From NCBI GenBank assembly GCA_012295275.1, contig CM022669.1:19344001-19408000 (forward strand): a DNA stretch of 64,000 nucleotides, given 5' to 3'. Positions 53,719 through 64,000 of the stretch are shown in pieces. The position numbers were made by a program, and so were the translations under genes. Below the pieces are notes generated by a model. That model ran no database searches and was not told the origin of the DNA. It saw nothing but the letters and a program-made list of their open reading frames with translations. Source of the stretch: Chrysomallon squamiferum (lineage: Eukaryota; Animalia; Mollusca). Each line of letters opens with the position of its first letter. Position 1 is the first letter of the stretch.

Positions 53719-54989
53719 GTTATTATTGTTATTATATTTTTTATATTTCATTTCTGCATTCAGATTTGTAGTTATAATTTATGGATGAATAACTAATTCA
53801 CTGATACAACAAAGAATAAACAAATGTAATTAATACTGATTTCAGGAAAAGGTAGAGAAAAAGGTTGATGACAACCACTATCTGCAGGAAACTCGGCTAC
53901 AGAAACTAGAAGAAGCTCTTCTAGAGGAACGAGCTCATGTGTCAGAGTTACAGGCAGTAAGTTTGTTACGTGTTTAATTATCATGTGTCAGAGTTACAGG
54001 CAGTAAGTTTGTTACGTGTTTAATTATCATGTGTCAGAGTTACAGGCAGTAAGTTTGTTATGTGTTTAATTATCTTGTGTCAGAGTTATAGGCAGTAAGT
54101 TTGTTACTTGTTTAATTATCATGTGTCAGAGTTACAGGCAGTAAGTTTGTCACTTGTTTAATTATCATGTGTCAGAGTTACAGGCAGTGTTTAATTAAGT
54201 TTCAGTTACAGGCAGTAAGTTTGTCACTTGTTTAATTATCATGTGTCAGTTACAGGCAGTAAGTTTCTTACTTGTTTTATATCAAACTGTTTTATTACTA
54301 AATTTTCAGTGAGGTATGAAATAATACAGGTCTATGTTGAAGGATGAAATATTTGTAGAAATTTTTTATTTTTGAATAATGTTTATGCATTTATCTTTTT
54401 TTCTTTTTTTTCTTTACTATTTTTCTTTACTTTTTACTGTTTATTGAATTTTTGTTTTAGGGATTTTTTATTTATTCATTTATTTATTTTATTATTATTA
54501 TTATTATTATTATTTTTACTTTCTTACGATTCTTTTAATCACATTTATTTCTTAAATTTATGCATTATTATTACTCTATTTATGTTAGACTTTAATTACA
54601 CTGTGATTTAATTCATAATCATATAAATTTTATCTTATCTTAAACATTCACTGATCAGTAGTCAGTATCAATCCTATTTCCAGAATTTCATTAAACTGCC
54701 ATTCATTCACCAAAATCATTCTGTTTTTCAAAGTAGTCATTAATGTTCTCTTAACATTTTGTCTCCCGCACAGCAAATTGAGTCCCACCTTCTCTCAAAA
54801 CTGGACACGGACATTCGTCGACAGCAGGAAGAAATTGCCAAACTGAAGCGGGAGTGTCGAGAGGGATTCTCCACAGTGCATGAAAGCATCAGCAACATGA
54901 AGACAGTGGTGGAGGGCAAGAGAAAGCTGCTGGAGGACCAGCTGAGAAAAGAAATCAGTCAGATAAGAAAGATGATAGTTCTGGTGTAG
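51378..54989 (+). CDS. FAM81A: FAM81-family coiled-coil protein (FAM81A/B-like), 5 coding exons, 416 aa
   Basis: Exons 51378-51809, 52504-52752, 53302-53544, 53846-53956, 54774-54989, all phase 0. Motifs LEDRLAQTEKTTQALIERAFKIKEDV, LSDLRGRVVRCDTSIAKL and GFSTVHESISNMKTVVEGKRKL..DQLRKEI match FAM81 signatures such as DLRGRVARCDASIARL. In-frame TAA at 51369 just upstream of the ATG. Confidence 0.9.
52504..52752 (+). CDS. FAM81A: FAM81 coding exon 2 (VLEESIKVRDNAA...DLRGRVVRCD...GIEGQ)
   Basis: CACAG / GTAAGC, 249 nt. Confidence 0.92.
53302..53544 (+). CDS. FAM81A: FAM81 coding exon 3 (LVQITSHIERTSGESK...TRDILI)
   Basis: TTTCAG / GTAAGA, 243 nt, open frame. Confidence 0.88.
53846..53956 (+). 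CDS. FAM81A: FAM81 coding exon 4 (EKVEKKVDDNHYLQETRLQKLEEALLEERAHVSELQA)
   Basis: TTTCAG / GTAAGT, 111 nt. Confidence 0.87.
53935..54277 (+). repeat. 46-bp minisatellite spanning the FAM81 exon 4 / intron junction (about 7 copies)
   Basis: Unit TCATGTGTCAGAGTTACAGGCAGTAAGTTTGTTACGTGTTTAATTA at 53935, 53981, 54027, 54073, 54119, 54165 plus degenerate copies. Confidence 0.95.
54774..54989 (+). CDS. FAM81A: FAM81 terminal coding exon (QIESHLLSKLD...IRKMIVLV*)
   Basis: GCACAG acceptor, TAG stop ending 54989. Confidence 0.92.
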   Translation, partial: QIESHLLSKLDTDIRRQQEEIAKLKRECREGFSTVHESISNMKTVVEGKRKLLEDQLRKEISQIRKMIVLV

Positions 54990-56047
54990 ACGTGCGATAC
55001 AGAAACGTATTACATTGGTGCATTATGTGATAATTTCTGGTGGCCACTACTGCTGCTGCCTCGTCAACTTTTGTTTTAGTTAGGTGTTTACGTAATAGGA
55101 TATCCGCTGAAGTAATAATCATTTACTGATAATTATTTATGTGTAGGTATTTTCATATATTTCTTCAGATGTGTATCCGAATGGGTGAGAGAGATTGTGT
55201 GTCAGTGTATATCTGCAAATTAAAATAGTCAGTTATAATTCATAAAAATTTTGATTATGTATATTTGAGTGTGTGTGTGTGTGTGTGGGGGGGTGTATGT
55301 GTATGGGTGTGTGCATCTGTTTTATTGTTTTTTTGTGTATGCATATTTGTGTTTGTGTGAGTTTGTTATAAATGTTTATGTATGCACATCACACATACTG
55401 TAATACTGACACAAACCTGACTTGTTTCACTTAAAACATAATGTTATTTCATTAATAAAACTTCTAGATTGTAACATATATAAAATACTATAAGATTACT
55501 TCATAAAGTGTAACAAAAATCAGTTCATTAATTAAAATTAAACAATTACTCTTACCATTTTTGATCTGATAACTTGTTTTTCATACTCCAAACAGAGTTA
55601 TCTACCTTGTAAATAAATTTGGAGAATTTATTTAATTTTAGTAACTGAATGTCTTATTCTGACAAGGTACTTTATATTACAGGCTGCAGTTCATCAGTTT
55701 CAATAACAAACAGTAAATTGTTTTATTTTTCTGTCAAAGTAAAAGTTAAAACTAAACAGACATGTATTTTAATTCCATACCTAATAACATTAATTTATTC
55801 ACTCAAACTGCTCACCCAGTCATTCACTGAGCCAGTCATTCACTCGGTTATTTACTCACTATTATTCTCACACTATTACTAGTTCACAAACTCAATCAGT
55901 CACAGCAGTCTTATGGCATAGGTATTGAGAGACTGGCACGCCCAGACTGATTTTAATTCAGCATATTTTAAGTGTGTGTGTGTGTGTGTGTGTGCAGGTC
56001 AAATAATTACAGCAATAATAATAATAATGTAGTTTTATATTTATATG

Positions 56048-56110
<63 letters not shown>

Positions 56111-56160
56111 GTGTGCGTGTGTGTGTGTGTGTGTTAAAGAATACTGCTGATAATGACATG

Positions 56161-56316
56161 AACATAATAATATGCAAGTTATGAATATGCAGTTGAAACT
56201 CAAATAACATATTTATTTATTAAAAAAAAGTCAAACTCAAACATAATAATATGCAAGTTATGAATATGCAGTTGAAACTCAAATAACATATTTTTTTATT
56301 CAAAAAAAGTCAAACT
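56161..56316. repeat. Tandem duplication, 79-bp unit x2
   Basis: AACATAATAATATGCAAGTTATGAATATGCAGTTGAAACTC at 56161 and 56240. Confidence 0.9.
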
Positions 56317-56573
56317 TTGAAAATCAAAACTCTACATATTCCAGTATATCTTATTATTGAATAAATTTAATACCTTCAGTACTGGTGTAGGTATAACCAT
56401 CGAATCATGACAAATGACAAAATGTGTAACCATCATAGAACAAACTGACTATTTAAAATAAAATAAAAGCAGATGTCATAGAAATTGTTGAACTATTGCA
56501 TTTATGAGGTCACATTTGTAGTAAATAATGAGACAATTATTTTAAATATTTCTGTAATACACATATGTGTGCG

Positions 56574-56604
<31 letters not shown>

Positions 56605-57825
56605 ACACACACAATTTGTACTTACAGATTTTTATGTTTAAAATTTTGTTTATTTAATTATAATCAGGTTCTACAGTCACTTACTCATTCACTGTTTTAT
56701 TATTATAATGTATTATAGAAATTAAATGTATTTAATTTACCCACCACTAGAATTTCACTTTGTTTTAGATGATTATTTACTGTTTATGATGATTTTGTAT
56801 TTTGACTGTTTTTAATTAAAATGTGTTTATAATATATTTTTCATCTGTTTTACAACTTCATATTTGAATAAATGGTTACTAGCAATTAGGTCTTAAGGTA
56901 ATTTTTATTTTTAATGGAATTGGTTTTCAAAACTATTCATTTTCATACTTGTTACTGTTTTAAACATTTCTGAATATATCCGTAATTGTGAATGAAAATA
57001 TAAATGATATTGTTATATTTGGTAACTAAATAATGATCCTTTTCTAATAATAAAGTTTGATTTTTAAATAAAAACAAATCATGGATCATTTTATCATTTT
57101 TGTCTTGTAATCCTTGTACATAAAAGTAAAATTTACAAAAATTTGATAAATTCTTCCTCAGTCATGCTAACAATCTACTAAATCTTTATTTATTTACATT
57201 AAGAAACCACATTTTGAAATATCTAAGAGTGTCGATGCATCCTACAGTGTAATCTTTCCACTGATATTAGTTCTACAATTCAGTTGAATTTCAGTATTTC
57301 GTATGATATTTGTATATTTGTAGAAAACTTTTTTAACAGAATGAAATATTATCATGCTAATTAGAAATATTAATTAAAATTAAAGCAAGTAATTTGAATG
57401 AATTATTTTTATTGTTGAAATTACAAATTTATGAAGATCCGGTTTCACATTTTTTGAAAATTATAATATATTTCTATATGATTTAAAGACAAAAACTTGG
57501 TTAGAAAAGATTTGTTAATTACTACACAAATTTGTTATGATATACATTGTCAACAATTTAATTACTATAATTCTGAATATAAAATTGTTTTGTATGAAAT
57601 TCAGTCTTTCATAAACCAAATTTATCGTTTTTTTTTTTATATATATAAACTGTTCATTGTATTCAAACACCATTCCGTCCATTTTTTGTTAATCTTTTAT
57701 ACTGTGATTGTTTTATACATACTTTGTTTATTAAAATATATTTTTTTATCACAGTTATAGCCAGTTTGTAATATATCTGTTAATAATAAACATCTTTCTC
57801 ACTTCATTTCTCTACATTTTGTTTC

Positions 57826-57938
<113 letters not shown>

Positions 57939-58319
57939 ACCTCCCTAACCTTTTGTCTTTTTCATTCTCCATCACTTAGGTTTATTAAAATATCTGCCAT
58001 AAGGATTTATTAATGATGAACATTACATGATAAATATTTTATTTTAAAATTGCATTCTGTATCTAAATTAATTTCAAAGCAAAAGGCCAATAAAATAAAA
58101 TATTCAACTTCCAGCTTCTTCTTCTTATTATTATTATTATTATTTTGTTGTTGTTGTTTGCTGGTTGGGTTTTTAAATATGGGTCAATTTTGTTTTCACT
58201 CTTCTTAATTTTATTATTATTTTTAAATTCTTGGTACACTTTTAAAAAAAAAAAAAAAAAAATTCAGTAATAATCAAGAGTGTTGATGTTTTTGTATGCA
58301 TGTGTATGTTTGTGCAAAG

Positions 58320-58580
58320 AACGAGATATAACATACTGCAGGATCAATCTTCTTCAGTAATCTCATAATCTGGCCTAACTGGGCTACTTCCATTTAGTCT
58401 GTGTAATATTCTTTTTTCCAACCAATGGGAAAGTACACACAAACAGTCACTTACTGCTAATTGACACATAACCTGCTTAGAGTTATAGCAGTGTTCTTAC
58501 TTTTCATATTACAATCACACTGCAACATGTTTGACATCATATAAATCTGTAATGCCATAAGGTGTTAACATATATTGTTC
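58320..58580 (+). mobile_element. Degenerate SINE copy
   Basis: CTGCAGGATCAATCTTCTTCAG head motif shared with 26895 and 23580; body motifs CTTACTGCTAAT and CATGTTTGACATCATATAA resemble a gastropod tRNA-SINE (recalled, not searched). Confidence 0.5.
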
Positions 58581-60370
58581 ATTTTTGTGTTTGTGTGTCT
58601 TTTGTTCCTTATATGTATTTCTGTTCCCTCCCTGGCATTCTGTTTGTTTTTCTGATCTCCTTCCATCCATCTAATTTAACAAAATAACATTTTACAGACA
58701 GCAAAAACAATTAACCACACATTTAGGATACATTTTATTAAATGAGGTTAATATTTTGGCACAATAAATACACTGAGATGAAAAATGACATTTTTATTTA
58801 TTAAATTCAGACACATTTTGTAAATGAGCCCCAAAAGCACAAAACAAATTACACTTATGATAGATAATATATGAACAAATATACAGACGATATTCTATTT
58901 AAGTTTATGCTTTAAAACATGAAAACAACATTATACAAAGTAAAACTATGAATGAGACAATATAAAAAATATCACATTGTTATAATGATTAGATATAACA
59001 CATATCACAGTTTGTAGAACAATGTATTAATCGAGACAGTAGTAAAATGTATATATATATATACATATATATTACTATATCACATGCATCACTAACATAT
59101 CAACTGTTAAAACTGTCGTTATGAGAAGGGGAAACAAATGCATTGTTTAAATAGAGTTATCGGTAATCAGATAATGACGTCCAGTTTTCAGCCGTATTTT
59201 AGCATTTGATCAAAAAAGAAGAAGAGAAGGAAGAAAAGAAAACTATAAAAATAATAATAATAAATTTAAAAAAAATAAAGAAAAAAATGAAAACAATTAA
59301 AGAAAAAGACACCAAGAGAAAAAATAAAATAAAAAATCGAAATAAGTTAATTACAGCTTATTACATACTAATTAGACTATCAAAAATAAAGATAAAAAAA
59401 CAAAACAGTAAATATTATTATACGGCATTTCGTTTCCTAAGTTGAGGCTGAAAAGAAATTGTGCATTTAAAAAAAAAAAAAAAAAAAAATAATAATAATA
59501 ATATTAATATTAATAATAATAATAACAATAATAAAAACGATAATAATAATAATTGAGAAGAACCAAAAAATCTTTCAGAAGGAAAAGAACGACAAACAAG
59601 GCAAGAATAGTGAGTACAATAAAGATAAATGTAATTTTCAGGGATAAATATTACTAGATCCATATAAATATATATCAGTGAATTCATTATTTGGAAAGGT
59701 CAAGAACCGGATAGTGACCTCTTGTTGTCCCGTTCTCGTTATTTGTGAGAACCCAGCCTGTATGACATATATTTATTTATCTGATACATGATATACGACA
59801 AATATTTCATCCAAACTGTAAATAATAGGTTTGCACTGCGGTTCAACCGATTTTATCACCAGTAATTATATGCTGTTTTTAATGGAATTTACTAAGTGAA
59901 AAATAACTGCATCATTATAATAATTTCTATGTTGGTAAATGTTTATGTTTAATCGGTGTGATCAAATTTATTTCTTTATAATTAGGTATTTAAGGTAATT
60001 TATGAATAAAACATTCCCTACTAATCGAAAATTTAAGGTACCATGATACGAAAAACAATATATTTTCCTATAATCAGGTATTTAAAGTACTTTAATATGA
60101 CAAAAACATTCCCACATTATCAAATATTTAAGTAAGTTTAATATAACAGAATTATTCACTCATAATCCATAATTTAAGGTATATTAACAAAAATATTTCT
60201 TTGTAATCAAGTATTCAAGGTGCCTTAATATGACAAAAAAAAAAAAAAAAAAAAAAAGAAGATATTAGATAAACATTCAAATGACAAAAATATTCCTTCA
60301 TAGTCTAATACATAAAATATATAAACAGGGTGAAAACACTGCCTGACAATACGTATTTAGTCTACATTAG

Positions 60371-60404
<34 letters not shown>

Positions 60405-62110
60405 TAAAAATAAATAAATAAATAAATTCCCTCTAAAATATTATGTGCATTAATATGTCAGTAGTTTGATATTTAGTAGTGTGATAACAAAAATATTATC
60501 TCCTATATATAAATATAAACGGTTCGATTTTCATGTGTAACGCTGTATTCCTTTTTACAAAATATTTGGATGCTGTGTGTAAAAAGAATTTACTGAAACA
60601 CATTCAAAAGGATTATAATTATTAAGATCATATATTTATAACAAAAATATGTTACATAGGAATGCATGATGGGATTGGAAATATCTGGTATTAGGAAACA
60701 AATATGACTGTTACCAAAACGAAGTGAGCAGACTGATTACCCTTTTGATTATGTATTAAAAACACCTGTGTAACAATGTATACTCCAAAATTATCTAACG
60801 GTTTCGTAAAAATACAGTTACACGGTTTTACAGTATATACTCCATACTAATCAGATTTTTTGACACATTGTTGAATGAGAAATAAATTCAGTGGTCCAAA
60901 AAAATCCATCAGATTCAAAACTTAAATGAGGCTTAATTAATAATACAATAATTTAATATTTTGAGAAAAATAAAATTATTCTGTTACGAAAGGTGACTTT
61001 CAAAATATGAAGAATGATGAATAATGAATTTTTTTTTATTAAATAAATATTCTGATTAAGGTATGAATGAAAGACAAACGTTTTTTTCTTACTACTTTTT
61101 TTTTTAATGTATGAAAGTTAAATGTAATTAAATACTTCCTTTCTAATTATCTGAAGATAAAATGTTATTAAAATACTTTCTCTTCTAATTAATTTAGTCA
61201 TAAGTGTAATAATACTTGCCTATTCAAATATTTGAAGTACTAATGTATTAAAATACATACTTATCAAATTATCTGAAAAATTTAAATACTTGTCTAATTA
61301 TCTGAAGTGCAAATGTAAATAAAATACTTCGTTTCTGAAGCAGAAATATAATTAAATACTTCCCTGTTCAAATATCTTAACAAAAAAAAATCTAAATACT
61401 TTTCTATTCGAATATCTAAACAGTAAATACAAAATATATTTCTGTACAAATATCTGGAACACACTTTAAGTTTAATAATTCCATAATCAGAACAGGAGAA
61501 AAAATAAAATAAAATAAAAATAAATGTCATTAAAATACTTGTAGGTCCAGAGTAAATATCTTGTTTCGCTGTTGAAATATATCAAGGGAAAAGGTACTCA
61601 GAATACTTTTCGCTTTAAATAATTGAAGCATGAATATAATTTGAAAGCTTCTCCATTTAAATAGCGTGTAGGTGTAATACAATACATAACTGTTTTAAAT
61701 ATTTCAAGTACAAATGAACTAATCTATGTCAGTTGGAAATAAACAAAGTACAGCGACTAGCCAAAAAGATTCCAGTGGAATAATTCGTTCCTTTTCGCCA
61801 AATTTTTTTTAATTTTTATTATGATAATACAATAAATATCTAGCACATGTTAACAGAAAACATTTGTATCGAGTATATACTTTTAATGTGTTTGTGTTAT
61901 CTAACTGTGTAATGCATATCGGTTATACTACCCTAGATGTGAAACTATAACATAACACACAGATGTAATTATAACTGTTAATTATTAATTAAAATCAGAC
62001 TTCGGAAGACTTCGTTATCAAATGATGACAGAGATAAATGTCGTCGAATTTATTATCGATCTATTTTGTAATATTTAAAAAAAAAAAAATTAAATTAAAT
62101 TAAATTTTAG

Positions 62111-62156
<46 letters not shown>

Positions 62157-62650
62157 GAAATTAAAAAAAAAAAATTAGAAATTGCATTGTCGATAAGCTA
62201 TTCTGACAAGTAAGTTGTATATAAAGTGCCCACACATTATTTCATTCTAATCCTTAAGTAAACAACCAGCTTGCAGAATAAATATTTCTTCACGTTAGGA
62301 AACACTCCTTACGGCGTAACAGACACTAAACTATTTGTTTTCACCTTTTGGTCATTTCAAGGAATTAAAATGAACTCTTGGGAGTTTGGGTACGGTAGTA
62401 CCTGTACATTTTTTGTAATTTTTTTTTTTTTTTTTTTTACTAACAAATATAATTATATTTTGAATATAAGCTGGAATGTAAAACTGTCATTAAAAAAAAT
62501 TTAATCTCTGCTCTAATAATTGCGTTTGTTTGATTGATTGTATACATGGAAAAACGAGTAAATTAGCTTCCCACGCATACACAGGTTGAGGCAGTTATTA
62601 CTTACAACCCCCACACGTAACAGTAATGATATATCGTAATCATATAATAG

Positions 62651-62683
<33 letters not shown>

Positions 62684-62749
62684 TAATCATTCACACATAT
62701 TCATGATTGTGTTTCTAGAGTTTAACAGAGAACCCAAATACGTGCATAG

Positions 62750-62817
<68 letters not shown>

Positions 62818-63159
62818 TCTTTCTGTCCTTCACATATATAGACTGTTATATTACATACATGCATAAATACATACGTACACACATTCACACCAACACACTA
62901 TTTATTTATACATACATATATACATGCATACATACATACGTACATACATACGTACAGACATACAGATCAGCATAAACAGCCTGCACACACACACACATAA
63001 ATATGCACGTACATGGAGGTTTTTTCCCCTGCGACATTGTCAGAAGTGGCTTTTTTTGTTATTTATTTTTAATTCTTGAAATAGTTTATGGAAAACTGAA
63101 CGACTATTAACATTTTAGATAAGCCATTAACACCATTTGTTGTTTTGCACCTACATGTA

Positions 63160-63490
63160 AAATCCGAAGCGTGCTTTATAAAATGTATCTGTGTAAACAA
63201 CTCGCCGTCTTTCCATTATCAGCCGAACAACAGCGCGAAACGAAATAATAATTATTTGACATAATAATGCACGGCTAACAAAAGCAGACGACAAGAAGGT
63301 TCTTGTTAAATAAACCGGTTTTAGCGACCTACATTCCTACTGGTGACGAAAAAAAAAAAAAAAAAAAAATTAAAAAAAAAAAAAAGAAGAAATAAATCCA
63401 GCAGATCGATACTTTAATTTAAATATTGGGGGAAAAAAATAGTTGTAAATACGCCAGGCAGACATATTGAATTCAAAATGGCGGACGTTA
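63160..63490 (+). promoter_or_regulatory. Putative promoter of a further gene at the right end
   Basis: CpG-retaining segment with CAAAATGGCGG (YY1-type, 63474-63484) and AAACCGGTTT (Grainyhead-like, 63312); no coding exon recognisable in the window. Confidence 0.4.
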
Positions 63491-63905
63491 TGTTTTTAAT
63501 TTTTTTATTTATTATTATTCATTTATTTTATTTTATTTTATTATTTATTTATTTATTATTATTATTAATAGTAGTAGTAGTAATAGTAATAGCAGCAGTA
63601 TTTTATTTATCAATTTTTTTTTTTTTTATTTCATTTAATTTGTATTGAATGGCGTTCTGAATTCCTGTCTGTTCTTGCAGTAATACGTATTCTTTCATAA
63701 GGTCATCTAATCAACAGTTTTATTATTAGATATAAAACATACCTGCTATTTAAATGCAACTGAAGTATTTCAAATTTGATTCTATGTTGAAAAAATTAAA
63801 CAGTTCCAAAGGACTGATTTCTAAAAATATATTATTTAATGTTAGTAGCCTATTCTTTTTTTCTTTTTTTTTAAAATGTATAATTTATTTATTTGTTTGT
63901 TTATC

Positions 63906-63937
<32 letters not shown>

Positions 63938-64000
63938 CTAAAGGGAATTTCAAAAGGTTATGGAAATTGTTAATCTACATATATTTCCTTTGTTTGATTT

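Noticed and set aside
53935-54277. CRISPR-like array
   Set aside because: Head-to-tail repeats without unique spacers, eukaryotic intron context, no cas genes
63478-63700. ATGGCGGAC as first coding exon of a third gene
   Set aside because: Donor GTTATG is poor and the next acceptor (63680) leads directly to TAA; kept only as a promoter motif

Overview
AT-rich, microsatellite-dense animal genomic DNA, most likely molluscan (gastropod-like, inferred from SINE remnants); no prokaryotic features. Minus strand: 5' part of an IQGAP-family gene. I traced 30 coding exons by hand from the ATG at 44680 down to 18; all have GT-AG boundaries with consistent phases and give about 1147 codons (CH domain, IQGAP repeats, WW, 4 IQ motifs, start of the RasGAP-related domain). 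The gene runs off the left edge. Plus strand: a complete FAM81-family coiled-coil gene (5 coding exons, 51378-54989, 416 aa), head-to-head with IQGAP across a CpG-retaining putative bidirectional promoter. Also present: a 560-bp Sola2-like MITE with TIRs and a 4-bp TSD, a probable decayed MULE transposase, tRNA-derived SINE remnants and several tandem repeats. Most interesting: the 7.5-kb IQGAP intron 1211-8670, which interrupts the GRD about 10 residues before the pseudo-arginine-finger Thr, holds a cluster of candidate frame-preserving micro/cassette exons and stop-containing exons, flanked by UGC, UGCAUG and YCAY motifs. These rest on sequence motifs only. Nearly all other ORFs in the track are microsatellite artefacts.
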